A stretch of 64,000 nucleotides of DNA from a virus, in the IMG/VR virus record IMGVR_UViG_3300045972_000140, positions 32,001 to 96,000 of that record. One strand, written 5' to 3'. The position numbers and the translations under genes are program-made. The notes below the pieces were generated by a model, which worked only from the letters and a program-made list of their open reading frames with translations, did not search any database and was not told the origin of the DNA. Positions 32,389-41,864 of this stretch are shown piece after piece (position 1 is the first letter of the stretch; the number at the start of each line of letters is the position of its first letter).

Positions 32389-32835
32389 ATGGACAACATA
32401 GATCAAAACAAGATGGGTGTAGGGGCATTAATTGTCTCAGTAAAAACCAGCAGGGTTCTTTTAAATATGAGAGCCCCGCATAAAACGCACGCACTCCAAT
32501 GGTCGTTGTTTGGCGGTATGGTTGAAAAGAATGAACAACCTAAAGATGCATTACTACGCGAACTTAGCGAAGAAATGAATTTTATTCCCGACATCGAAAA
32601 AATTTACCCGTTTGATGTGTATCAAAGCAAAGATAAACATTTCAAATACTATAGTTTTATATGTATTGTAATGGATGAATTTGTTCCTGAACTTAATCAC
32701 GAAAATTGCGGATACGCCTGGATAGATGTAGGTGTTTGGCCTAGACCAATGCACCAAGGTGCAAGAATAAGTTTCTGTAATTTAAAAGCAGAAGAACGAA
32801 TTAGAATGATTTTAAATCAGCATCCGATAGCATAG
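32389..32835 (+). CDS. NUDIX hydrolase
   Basis: Nudix box GGMVEKNEQPKDALLRELSEEMN. Confidence 0.9.
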   Translation: MDNIDQNKMGVGALIVSVKTSRVLLNMRAPHKTHALQWSLFGGMVEKNEQPKDALLRELSEEMNFIPDIEKIYPFDVYQSKDKHFKYYSFICIVMDEFVPELNHENCGYAWIDVGVWPRPMHQGARISFCNLKAEERIRMILNQHPIA

Positions 32836-33475
32836 GCACTGCACCGCGGTATGTACTAAGTTCGTACCACTTCTTCATTTCTTTAGTAATATCTCTATTA
32901 GAATCAATAAATATTTTATGTACATCTTGACGACGATGATGTTGTTTATCGTGCTGTACCCAATAATATCCGTTAATCGGCACGCATAGAGCGCCATTAT
33001 TGTATGCCGCATCTGTACGCATTAGCCATTCTATTGTCCCACGTATACCTGAACTATTGGCAAGATCAATACACCTAGATGTTATACATTTTGTATTGAA
33101 TGCAGTCATATGGTGTACTATTTGTGGATTAAGCGGAAACTGATCATATTTAACTTTTTTCTCACCTAATTCTTGTCTACCATCTTTATATACTTTTGTT
33201 TCATATGTATAAACAACGCCTGGTTGATATTTACGCATTGCCTCTAATACATAATGCAGGCTGTCTTTAGGAATATAATCATCATCATCAACAAATACAA
33301 CTATATCATTTAATTTAATTGCATCATATCTAGCATATGCTAGTTTTTCTGGTTCTTTTAATTCTATTATTTCGTGTTTGCACCCGGCGGGTAGGGCATC
33401 CTTGACAGATTGAATGCACTTAGATATATCTCTATTCCAATCTGGGTTAGTGTGAGTTATTACTGTTAAATTCAT
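32801..33475 (-). CDS. Glycosyltransferase family 2 (GT-A fold)
   Basis: N-terminal LTVIT strand, CIQSV, AR, and VVFVDDDDYI (DxD motif). Confidence 0.75.
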   Translation of the reverse strand: MNLTVITHTNPDWNRDISKCIQSVKDALPAGCKHEIIELKEPEKLAYARYDAIKLNDIVVFVDDDDYIPKDSLHYVLEAMRKYQPGVVYTYETKVYKDGRQELGEKKVKYDQFPLNPQIVHHMTAFNTKCITSRCIDLANSSGIRGTIEWLMRTDAAYNNGALCVPINGYYWVQHDKQHHRRQDVHKIFIDSNRDITKEMKKWYELSTYRGAVPMLSDADLKSF

Positions 33476-33491
33476 TATTATATTTAGTCAC

Positions 33492-33517
33492 AAAAAAGCC
33501 CCTTGCGGGGCTTTTTT
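33492..33517 (-). terminator. Intrinsic terminator after the major capsid gene
   Basis: AAAAAAGCCCC-ttgc-GGGGCTTTTTT. GCAA tetraloop on the minus strand, U-tracts in both orientations. Confidence 0.9.
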
Positions 33518-33555
33518 ATTTGACTTGTCAAAGAGTTGCAAGCAACTCGGTTGGA

Positions 33556-34728
33556 TCAATAGAACTTCAATGTAGAAGAGTCGATACCAACTTTAGACAA
33601 GTAATCCGCTGCGTTACCAAAGGAATTAGCTGTATTTGTAAGTTCCAAGTAACCGTAGCGTGTCATAAACGAAACTACTGGTTCAAATGTTTGTGGATCC
33701 ATAACTGGACCAACGCTCATCAATGGAATGTATGGGCAGTAGTATGCTGCTGCGTCTGTTTCTGTAGGACCCTTGTAGCCCATAAGAATAGCATCGCCAT
33801 CAGCTGCGTACTGGTTAACATAAACGCGCATTGTGGAGTTCAATGTACCAACAAACTTTGTGTTTGTAGGTGCTTCGAATGTACCTTCTGTTGTACGTGC
33901 AAACGATGATGTTGTTGCAGACTGAAGAATTGTTAACGCTGTAGGCGAAACAACACACCAGTTAGCAGCACCACGACGTGTACGTGCAGCAATCAAGTTA
34001 GCCTGTTGGTTGATCATAACTGCAAGAGCAGCCATTTCGTCACCAACGTATGTAGCTGTACCAGAAACCGCAGCTTGGTTGAATGTTGTTGGTGCAACTG
34101 GAACTAACGAACCTAGTTTGAACAACATTTCTTGGTCGATTTCAACTGTAATTTCTTGTGCAAGAGCTTGCATAATTTCAGCTTCAATGTCGATACCGTG
34201 GATTGCGTTTGCATCTTGTGCAGCTTCAAATGTCCAACGTGCAGATAACTTACGTGTCTTAGCTTCTACTGTCTCTTTCAAGATTTGGATGCTAAGTTTG
34301 TTACCTGGTACGCCTTCCATACGTGCTGTAGAAGCAGCGCCTGGATCAGCAACAACTTCATTACCCGAATATGCCTTAGCAATTTCGAATGGACCTAATG
34401 CTTCAGTACCAGCAGTAACGCCAGCTGCTGTGTTCGCATAACGAACGCGCAATGTATGGATTTGACCAACAGGGCCAGTCATAGGCTGAACGCCCATGAT
34501 TTCGTTAGCGATAACAGTCGGCATAACACGACGGATAAGCGGTAACATTACCTTGTTAAGTACAGCGATATTACCCGCTTGTGTTGCACCTGCAGTAGCC
34601 GATTCAGCTAAGTATCTACGAGTGTTTTCAAACACTACGTCCATAGACTGACGACGGGTTCCTTTAAGGCCTTCTAAAAGGGCTTCTTTTGTAGCGCCCC
34701 AGTTTGATTCAAATAGCTTTGTTGCCAT
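33556..34728 (-). CDS. gp23: Major capsid protein, T4 gp23-like
   Basis: LIRRVMP..IANEIMGVQPMTGPVGQI, VEAKTRKLSARWT.EAAQD...HGID.EAE, YCPYIPL, MTRYG. Confidence 0.95.
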   Translation of the reverse strand: MATKLFESNWGATKEALLEGLKGTRRQSMDVVFENTRRYLAESATAGATQAGNIAVLNKVMLPLIRRVMPTVIANEIMGVQPMTGPVGQIHTLRVRYANTAAGVTAGTEALGPFEIAKAYSGNEVVADPGAASTARMEGVPGNKLSIQILKETVEAKTRKLSARWTFEAAQDANAIHGIDIEAEIMQALAQEITVEIDQEMLFKLGSLVPVAPTTFNQAAVSGTATYVGDEMAALAVMINQQANLIAARTRRGAANWCVVSPTALTILQSATTSSFARTTEGTFEAPTNTKFVGTLNSTMRVYVNQYAADGDAILMGYKGPTETDAAAYYCPYIPLMSVGPVMDPQTFEPVVSFMTRYGYLELTNTANSFGNAADYLSKVGIDSSTLKFY

Positions 34729-34741
34729 TATATTCTCCTAT

Positions 34742-35860
34742 TTACTTTCTAATTCCGGCTAAGGATAAAATCTTTTGTAAGTCTGACGTATCTTCAGATA
34801 CTTCAGTTTGAGCGACCACCGCTCTGTCGCCTGACCTGGCCGACAATGTTGCTTCATTCAACTGCGTCTTTCCAGGCGCAGGTTTACGTGCTTCAGCTTC
34901 ATTTAGAACGCTAGGCAAGTACTTGTTGTACGAAGCCTGTAAATTCTTTGTCTGAACCGACTCAAGCAATTCCTTCATTACCCCGCGTTTGTCTTTCGAC
35001 AACGGAGCAAGCAACTCATTCATAACTTTCTGTCTTACGACTAAGTCTTGTGATGCCTTAAGTTTTGTATCCATTGACTCAACTAAAGTCTTGCTCTTTT
35101 TAACAGTTTCCTGTAAAGCTTTCATTTGTTGATTCTTAGATTCAACTACCTTCTGCATTTTGCTGATTTCTGTACCTTCGTTAAGGTAAGAAGTCATAAA
35201 TTCAGCAGCAACGCTTTCAAAAATCTTACGACCGAAGTCGTTTTCACGAGCAACGCGAATGTCTTCTTTGAACTGACTAATTTCAGTACGAAGAGTCTTC
35301 TCGATGTTTGACTCGATGATTTGTGCAGCACGCTTGATGAATTGTGTCTTTGTCTCTTGTAACTGTTGCTTGCCTTCTGTAACCATCTTGACTTTCTGTT
35401 CAACTAAGGACTTCTTATCAATACGGAATTCACGAATTTCTTCTGCAAGTTGCTTCAACAAGAAATTTTCAAGTTTTGCGAAGTTTTCTTTCATCGCTTT
35501 CTTTTCAGAGTAAAACTCTTTCATTTCTCTTGCTACTGACTCAGTGATGAATTTGTTTAACATTCCAGTGTGTTCTGTTAGCTTGCTCTTATAAGCAATG
35601 CGTTCTTCGACAAGTTTTCTCTTGTCATCGGCGAATTCTTCAAGTTCAACGCGGACTTTGTCTGTTAAGAAACGATCCATTGATTCAACTAGGACGCCTT
35701 TGTCGTGTTCGAACTTACGTGCAAACTCTTCACGGAGTGTTGACGCAACTTCTTCACGGGCTTCAGCAATCTTAGATTCCCACAAACCTACGATTTGTGT
35801 TCTAGTATCTTCGGATAATCCAACGCTTTCACTCAAGAGTTCATCTAATTTTTTTGCCAT
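34742..35860 (-). CDS. gp22: Prohead scaffolding protein, T4 gp22-like
   Basis: Coiled-coil E/K-rich 372 aa located between protease and major capsid genes. Confidence 0.8.
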   Translation of the reverse strand: MAKKLDELLSESVGLSEDTRTQIVGLWESKIAEAREEVASTLREEFARKFEHDKGVLVESMDRFLTDKVRVELEEFADDKRKLVEERIAYKSKLTEHTGMLNKFITESVAREMKEFYSEKKAMKENFAKLENFLLKQLAEEIREFRIDKKSLVEQKVKMVTEGKQQLQETKTQFIKRAAQIIESNIEKTLRTEISQFKEDIRVARENDFGRKIFESVAAEFMTSYLNEGTEISKMQKVVESKNQQMKALQETVKKSKTLVESMDTKLKASQDLVVRQKVMNELLAPLSKDKRGVMKELLESVQTKNLQASYNKYLPSVLNEAEARKPAPGKTQLNEATLSARSGDRAVVAQTEVSEDTSDLQKILSLAGIRK

Positions 35861-35871
35861 CTTGAGTTCTC

Positions 35872-36504
35872 CTAAATTTTTAACTCTTGAATAAATCTCT
35901 GAAGGTCTTTGACAAGCTGTTTCTGTGCTGCGGCTTCAGTTAATGCTTCCCTTGCGGTTACCATTACTCTAGAGCCACCTCTCATGTTCATAAGACTTTC
36001 ATATACTGTCCTCGGATACGCATTAGGAGCACTTGGTTGTGCAACGATGTCAACTGTTACAATTTCAAAATCTGAAACTGAACCGTCGTCACCAACGTTT
36101 CCGGAACCACGGGATGAAACCCCCAACTTTGCGCCCGACTTCAGCAATGTACTAATAATGCTACCCATCGGAGTTGGTACGATCTTCAACTTACCGTAAC
36201 CATCTGCACCTTCCATCCACATCTCGGTGATAAGGTGACTAACGCGGTCAAGGTTAATAGAAAGCTCTTCCGGGTGGTCAAGCTCTCCCATAACTGATTG
36301 TCCGCTACTTAACTTTTCAGTAATAGTTTTAACTGCTTTAGCAATTTCTCTAGCAGGATAGACACGCTGGTTTTGGTTTCTTACGTCACCCTGGATAAAG
36401 ATCCCTTTCATGCAGAGATCTTTACCACCAGACTTATTATCTTCTTCTAATAGAGTTACGTGTGCCTTATCAAAAGACAAGTACTCGTATAGTTTATTTG
36501 CCAT
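35872..36504 (-). CDS. gp21: Prohead protease, T4 gp21-like
   Basis: GIFIQ...NQNQRVYP, GELDHP, LGVSSRGSG, DIVAQPSAPNAY. Start is either GTG 36513 or ATG 36504. Confidence 0.95.
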   Translation of the reverse strand: MANKLYEYLSFDKAHVTLLEEDNKSGGKDLCMKGIFIQGDVRNQNQRVYPAREIAKAVKTITEKLSSGQSVMGELDHPEELSINLDRVSHLITEMWMEGADGYGKLKIVPTPMGSIISTLLKSGAKLGVSSRGSGNVGDDGSVSDFEIVTVDIVAQPSAPNAYPRTVYESLMNMRGGSRVMVTAREALTEAAAQKQLVKDLQRFIQELKI

Positions 36505-36519
36505 AGTTGCCACTAATCC

Positions 36520-37566
36520 TTACGCTGGCTTCTTTGTTAATGGTGACTTGGAGAATCCGTCGCCTGCAACTTTTCCGCCTGTGTACTTAGCTGTAGTATC
36601 GGCCTTAATACCGGAGTTCTTAGGAGTGATTTTTACATTGTCTGTAATTGTCTTGTCTGCCGCTGAATCACCGTTATATTTGCCGTACTCACCACCAGAG
36701 CCGCCGTTGCCGCCGATCTTAGTTGGCTTACCGCCGTAGTCTTTACGTGCTGGAATAGATGTATATGGAGACTTGTTTTGTTCAGCACCTAATGGTGTGT
36801 CTTTACCAGTTCCAACTAACTTAGCTGTACCGCGTTGACCTGTATCGGCTACTTTAGACAAAAATTGTGTTTCTTCGTCTACTTTCTTTTCGCCTTTCTT
36901 CTTAAGGTCACCCTTCTTAGCTTGTTTAGCTACTTCAAGTTTTTCTGCTTTCTTCTTTTCGTGAATACGTGCAACAACTTCGCCAACGACTTGTTCGTCG
37001 CCGCCCATACCTGGCATTCCACCTGGTGCGCCGCCCATTTCATCATCGCCGCCGAATTCATCATCGCTGCCGAATTCATCTTCAATGCCTTGTTCCATAC
37101 CACCTAAGTCTGCGTGATTTGGCTCTTGCACTTCTTCGCCCATAAGTGCGTCAAATTCTGCACGAAGTTCAGCAAGTTGAGACTCTAGGTCTTCAACGCG
37201 ATCTTCAACATCGCCTTCGCCCATTTCTTCGCCACCGAATTCATCTTCTGCGTCGTCATCGGCAAAATCATCTTCTGCATCACCGCCTTCTTCGTCGTCG
37301 CCTTCTGCTTCGCCGTCGTTTTCTTCGTCGGCATCAATTTCTGCTTCGTCGTCGGATATTTCTTTTGTAAAGTCTTTACTTGGATCGCCACCGACTTCGT
37401 CATCACTGCCAGCTTCTTCTTCGACATCGTCTTCTTCTGTAACAATGCTTTCGTAGATAGTTCTTGCTTTTTCAACGATAATCTGATGGAGAATTTCAGC
37501 TGCCTGGTCGGAGTCTTCAGATAGTAATAGATCCAATACTCTTTCTAGCTTTTGTTGTTGTGACAT
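36520..37566 (-). CDS. Highly acidic prohead core / internal head protein
   Basis: Start MSQQQ at 37566 (GGGAG RBS). Long D/E tract, short coiled coil (RVEDLESQLAELRAEFD), basic K/G-rich tail. Between portal and protease. Confidence 0.65.
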   Translation of the reverse strand: MSQQQKLERVLDLLLSEDSDQAAEILHQIIVEKARTIYESIVTEEDDVEEEAGSDDEVGGDPSKDFTKEISDDEAEIDADEENDGEAEGDDEEGGDAEDDFADDDAEDEFGGEEMGEGDVEDRVEDLESQLAELRAEFDALMGEEVQEPNHADLGGMEQGIEDEFGSDDEFGGDDEMGGAPGGMPGMGGDEQVVGEVVARIHEKKKAEKLEVAKQAKKGDLKKKGEKKVDEETQFLSKVADTGQRGTAKLVGTGKDTPLGAEQNKSPYTSIPARKDYGGKPTKIGGNGGSGGEYGKYNGDSAADKTITDNVKITPKNSGIKADTTAKYTGGKVAGDGFSKSPLTKKPA

Positions 37567-37756
37567 GTATAATCTCCCTTGATTAAATAAAGTTCCAATA
37601 ACCATCTTAAATGGTATTAATGGTATTTAACTCAAAGAGGGAGAATGTGCGTGGATATGGCCGTAAAAGGCGGCTTTTTGTAAGTTTGTGTGACGCTGTA
37701 TTTATTTAGTCTGGTATGTGCGCTCATAAACAACTGCTATAAGTTGTTATTAAGTA

Positions 37757-37984
37757 TTACATACCAGGAAGGCCGCCGCCTTCCGGTTCTGCTGATACGC
37801 CATACATATCTGGTAAGAAATTAACGTGCTGGGCTGTTTCAAATCGTTCTATGTCGCGTGCTTTTCTAAGTTTCTGTATGTGAACCATAGTAAGGCGTGG
37901 GCGACGAGTATCATCCATTTGGGCAATGCCTAACTCGTCATCTGCAGGATTGTAGAATTCTACTAACATTTCTTTTGCTTTCAT
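37757..37984 (-). CDS. Small head-module protein
   Basis: Start MKAKEMLVEF at 37984 avoids overlap with portal. DDTRRPRLT...LRKAR...MYG. Confidence 0.65.
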   Translation of the reverse strand: MKAKEMLVEFYNPADDELGIAQMDDTRRPRLTMVHIQKLRKARDIERFETAQHVNFLPDMYGVSAEPEGGGLPGM

Positions 37985-37997
37985 ATTAATATTTACC

Positions 37998-39719
37998 TTA
38001 TTGAGAGCCAAAATTATCGACTTCTGCACCAGATGCACCACCTTGCATACCACCGGCATCAGCACCTGCTGCACCATCCATGTCGCCTTCTGGTGCCATT
38101 CCATCGATACCGGAACTAGTAATACCTACATCGGAAAGACCGGCTGCTGGCGAACCTACACCTTGTTGTGGTGCAAACGTCTTAGTAAGTCTACTACGTT
38201 CTTCCTTCCACATACGCTCGTTTTCTTCCATCTGTTGCTCTGTCCAAGCAAGATATGTTTTTAGTACAAATCGTTTAGAAATAAAAGGAACATCCATTAA
38301 CGCCGTGAATGTGTTAATGCGTGCAGAATCTAGTTCAAGCTGACGATATTCACTAAACGATTGTGCAGGAGTAAATTTAAGATTGAATAAACTGTTGTCA
38401 ATGCTTACGCCGCGGTGCTTTAAGAATAACTTAAATTCATCATCGAGCGGTTCAATGACTTGCTGTTGATAACGTGTAACAACTTTAGAGAATCTAAATT
38501 CCTGAATAAATGCTGTACCTACCTTACCATCGTTTATTGTTGCTGTACCATCCTCTGGTCCAGTAGGAAGATACGAAGTAGGAACGCCTAACGCACGCAT
38601 CATTTTATTATTGAAATAACGCAAGTCGTCAATATCGCCTAAGTTATCACCGCCCGGTAATGTTTCTACTTTAGATCCACGACCGTCGCTTGTTACAGCA
38701 AAGAAGTAATCTTCTAAGATAGACATTGGATTATATGTAGAGTCCATTACATTAGCGCCGCCGCCTGTGCGGCTAGGAATACGCTTTTGCTGAACTTCAT
38801 ACTTAACACGCTCTAGGTATTGCTGTGCTTTGTTAGGAGGCATTGTGCCTACGTCAATAAAGAACATACGACGCTCAGGTGCACGATGTATACGATAGAT
38901 TAGAATAGCGTCTTCTAGTAGTTCTTTCTGCTTGTAAACCTTATAAATTTGTTCTAAGATGCTTAGACCAAAGGGCCACGACGCATTCATACCGTCAGTT
39001 AAGGAAATATGCACAATATGCTGTGCATCGACAGCCGTAGCACTACCGTCTTGATAGTTAGCTGTACCGCCACCGCCGAAGCCGCCCGAGACATAATTCA
39101 TATTGCCCGTCATAGGAGGGGAGAATACAATACTATTAGATCCAAATGCAGATTGCGAAGCTTTATTTAATTGATTTGTTGCAACAAGACTCTTCATATT
39201 TAAGTCAATGTCTTTAACAAAATAGCTTTCTATCTTTTTGCCTTCGCTTTCGTTTACAATGACTTTTTCAACTTTAGCTGGATCAATCCAGAAAAGTTCA
39301 AATGTCTCAGGATCGCGAATAAAGAATTGATCACCAAACACTAATGTAGAACGAAAAATTCTCCATAGTCGGCGACTTAATTTATTTACTCTAATCCATT
39401 GTCCTAGAGATTTCTCTAGAATTTGAACTTCAGAGGGAGTAGGATCATCATTATACTCGATTAACAGAGGAAGTTTTGTAATTTCATCTGGATCAGTAGC
39501 AAAGTCAGCAATGGTATCCAGCGCCGCACTGATTTCGTGATCAAAGTTCATTTGATCGTAAACAGAATATCTTTGTAGTCTGTCTGGTGGCCCAGCATAT
39601 ACTTCTGGTAGCCAATTACTATATTTAGAAGTGGCGGTAAAAGTCGATGTACTATCGACTGCCCGTTGTTGTACAGGTAGCACCGAGTTAACAGGCTTAA
39701 AGAATTTTTTCCACGTCAT
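37998..39719 (-). CDS. gp20: Portal vertex protein, T4 gp20-like
   Basis: LLEDAILIYRIHRAPERRMFFIDVG.MP..KA.QY, EDYFF, RGSKVETLPGG.NLG.IDD..YF. Confidence 0.95.
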   Translation of the reverse strand: MTWKKFFKPVNSVLPVQQRAVDSTSTFTATSKYSNWLPEVYAGPPDRLQRYSVYDQMNFDHEISAALDTIADFATDPDEITKLPLLIEYNDDPTPSEVQILEKSLGQWIRVNKLSRRLWRIFRSTLVFGDQFFIRDPETFELFWIDPAKVEKVIVNESEGKKIESYFVKDIDLNMKSLVATNQLNKASQSAFGSNSIVFSPPMTGNMNYVSGGFGGGGTANYQDGSATAVDAQHIVHISLTDGMNASWPFGLSILEQIYKVYKQKELLEDAILIYRIHRAPERRMFFIDVGTMPPNKAQQYLERVKYEVQQKRIPSRTGGGANVMDSTYNPMSILEDYFFAVTSDGRGSKVETLPGGDNLGDIDDLRYFNNKMMRALGVPTSYLPTGPEDGTATINDGKVGTAFIQEFRFSKVVTRYQQQVIEPLDDEFKLFLKHRGVSIDNSLFNLKFTPAQSFSEYRQLELDSARINTFTALMDVPFISKRFVLKTYLAWTEQQMEENERMWKEERSRLTKTFAPQQGVGSPAAGLSDVGITSSGIDGMAPEGDMDGAAGADAGGMQGGASGAEVDNFGSQ

Positions 39720-41782
39720 GTTCTAATCCGAGTTAAAGATATCATTGTATCGTTATCTTTGTGTATCTTATCTAACTTTTCCAACACTTGTTGGGTAAGG
39801 TTATTTTGTTGCATCATTAAGGTATTTATGTTCGAAGACGAACCTGCTCGATCCATACCGGTGCCCGATGGCTGGTTTGTATCAGGTGATTTGTTAGAAT
39901 CTGCTTTATTAGCATCAGATGGCGTAGCAGGTACAGCAGATGGACTATTTATAGTAGATGATGCAGGAGCATTTAGTTTTGATAATTCACCTGCCGCAAT
40001 TCTAGCCTGGGATTCTGGACTTAATTTTACACCCTCTCTGTGCTTTATATCGTACAGATCTTTAAGAGCCAATCCTAATCTAGAAGTTTCGTATGCTGCA
40101 AAAACACCTGCTGCTATAACACCCAGTGTTGCTGCGCCACCAGCACCTGCTACACCGCCGGCAGCGGTACCTGTTGCCCCGGAGGCACCCCCGGCAGCGG
40201 CGGTGGCAGCACTTCTACCGAAGAAATTTGCTATACCTTTACCGGCACCGTATATACCTAGTCCAGTACCGACAACACCTGCTGCTGCTCCTAATCCTAC
40301 TGCACCTGCACCAATGGCGCTTCTAGCGTGCGGGTTTATTGTATCTATAAGTCCGTAAATTGCTTTGTTTAGTAATTCCATAGCAGATGTTACTGCCTTA
40401 ATTTGATACTCAGCAGGATAAAATGCTGCCTGCATTGATGCTGCTAACTTTTCTTGCTCTGTGCGTAAATTTGCCACAGTAGATGCTGAACCAGTTGCTG
40501 CATCTTTTTGCGCTTGTGTAGCTTTAGAAGTTGTGTCTACCATTCCCTGAATAGATTGCATAGTACGTAATGCGCTTGCTGCGTGCTGATCCCCTGCCAC
40601 AGCAAGTTGCTGCTGTTTAGCAATTTCTGCTTGCCACATAGGACTATTTGTCATCCCTTGAAATCTTGCTCTGATTTGTTCGGGTGATTCATTGGGTAAT
40701 GCCTTAACTAACGAATTCATTTGTACAGTAAAACGAGATCCCGATGATGCAAAGTCATTTACAATATTATCAAAACCAACTTGTAACCCCTGTCCTGCTA
40801 ATGCAGAAGATTTCATTAATCCCTGCGAAATATCCTCGGGCATACCCATTAACGATGCAGTAATATGTTTTGTAGCTTCGGGACCTAATATTGCACTTGA
40901 TGCAAACGCGTCGGTAGACTTAGATAATGATTTAGCATTAGCTAAAATTTCTTCCCTTGACTTACCAAAGGCCTGCATATTATCGCGTACACCCTTACCA
41001 AATGTTTCTAATTCTTTTGCTAACTCTTTTTCAGATTTACCACGCATGTCGGTATAACTAGACTCCATCGATATGTACGCGCCCATCATATCAGCGGTCT
41101 GAGTAGAATTGAATCCTAAATTACCCATCGCTTTTGTAGCCGTGCCTACTGCTTTCGCATATTTTTGGAAGTTTACCGCACTCATAGAGTCTGCGTATTT
41201 TGCTGCCGCTGCTTCTAAATTTTCTAAACGTATGCCTGTAAGGTTAACAACCTGGTTGAGAACCTCCATTCCGTCTTTTGTTCTATTTGTAGCATCGTAA
41301 ACACTTACCCCTTGGTCGGATAAGTTTTCCATAGTCTTTAGGTATTGACTATCAACTGCTAATACTTTGTCGCCAATGGCCTTGGCAACCATTAGCCCAC
41401 GGGCCAACATATCCCACTTACTGGTAAAGTCTTTTATGCCAAGTAATTGCTTCTTATCCCAATCTTCGCGCTCTTTATCTTGCTTCTTTTTCTTATCGCC
41501 TGTTCTTACACCATCATCGAACAACTTAAATAGGCGTTTTAGCGTTGCTTCAGTCTTAGGATCACCTAGTGTACCGCCGGCACCCCCGGTGCCACCTTTG
41601 CCACGACCTTTTAGTTCGCGAACAATATCGCGCAATGCTTGCGTTTGTACCGCAGAACTTTTGTTGAGTACCTTATACAGTTTAACAAGGGTAGCCTCTG
41701 TTGCCCAATCGGGCAAACTAGAAAAAGCCTTTTCAAAGGCACCGTCTGCTGCGCCGGTAATGAATACAGAATTATCAGCCAT
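39716..41782 (-). CDS. Tape-measure-like protein
   Basis: 688 aa, helical A/K/Q/M-rich, with a G/A-rich hydrophobic segment near the C-terminus. Divergent from the gp26-like gene. Call rests on composition and position only. Confidence 0.55.
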   Translation of the reverse strand: MADNSVFITGAADGAFEKAFSSLPDWATEATLVKLYKVLNKSSAVQTQALRDIVRELKGRGKGGTGGAGGTLGDPKTEATLKRLFKLFDDGVRTGDKKKKQDKEREDWDKKQLLGIKDFTSKWDMLARGLMVAKAIGDKVLAVDSQYLKTMENLSDQGVSVYDATNRTKDGMEVLNQVVNLTGIRLENLEAAAAKYADSMSAVNFQKYAKAVGTATKAMGNLGFNSTQTADMMGAYISMESSYTDMRGKSEKELAKELETFGKGVRDNMQAFGKSREEILANAKSLSKSTDAFASSAILGPEATKHITASLMGMPEDISQGLMKSSALAGQGLQVGFDNIVNDFASSGSRFTVQMNSLVKALPNESPEQIRARFQGMTNSPMWQAEIAKQQQLAVAGDQHAASALRTMQSIQGMVDTTSKATQAQKDAATGSASTVANLRTEQEKLAASMQAAFYPAEYQIKAVTSAMELLNKAIYGLIDTINPHARSAIGAGAVGLGAAAGVVGTGLGIYGAGKGIANFFGRSAATAAAGGASGATGTAAGGVAGAGGAATLGVIAAGVFAAYETSRLGLALKDLYDIKHREGVKLSPESQARIAAGELSKLNAPASSTINSPSAVPATPSDANKADSNKSPDTNQPSGTGMDRAGSSSNINTLMMQQNNLTQQVLEKLDKIHKDNDTMISLTRIRT

Positions 41783-41805
41783 TTTATTTGTTAGTTAAGT
41801 CCCGT

Positions 41806-41841
41806 GATAAATAAGAGAAAGAGTATTTAAAGCTATTTATC
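41806..41841. promoter_or_regulatory. Face-to-face pair of late promoter motifs
   Basis: GATAAATA on + at 41806-41813 and on - at 41834-41841 in the 82-bp gap between divergent genes. Confidence 0.65.
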
Positions 41842-41864
41842 AAAGATTTTTCACAAGGGATATT

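Noticed and set aside
37985-38104. ORF-track N-terminal extension of 37757-38104
   Set aside because: Overlaps the portal C-terminus. The ATG at 37984 with AAGG upstream fits better.
39759-41798. + strand ORFs of 120-199 aa opposite the tape-measure candidate
   Set aside because: Antisense shadows with no recognisable motifs or translation signals.
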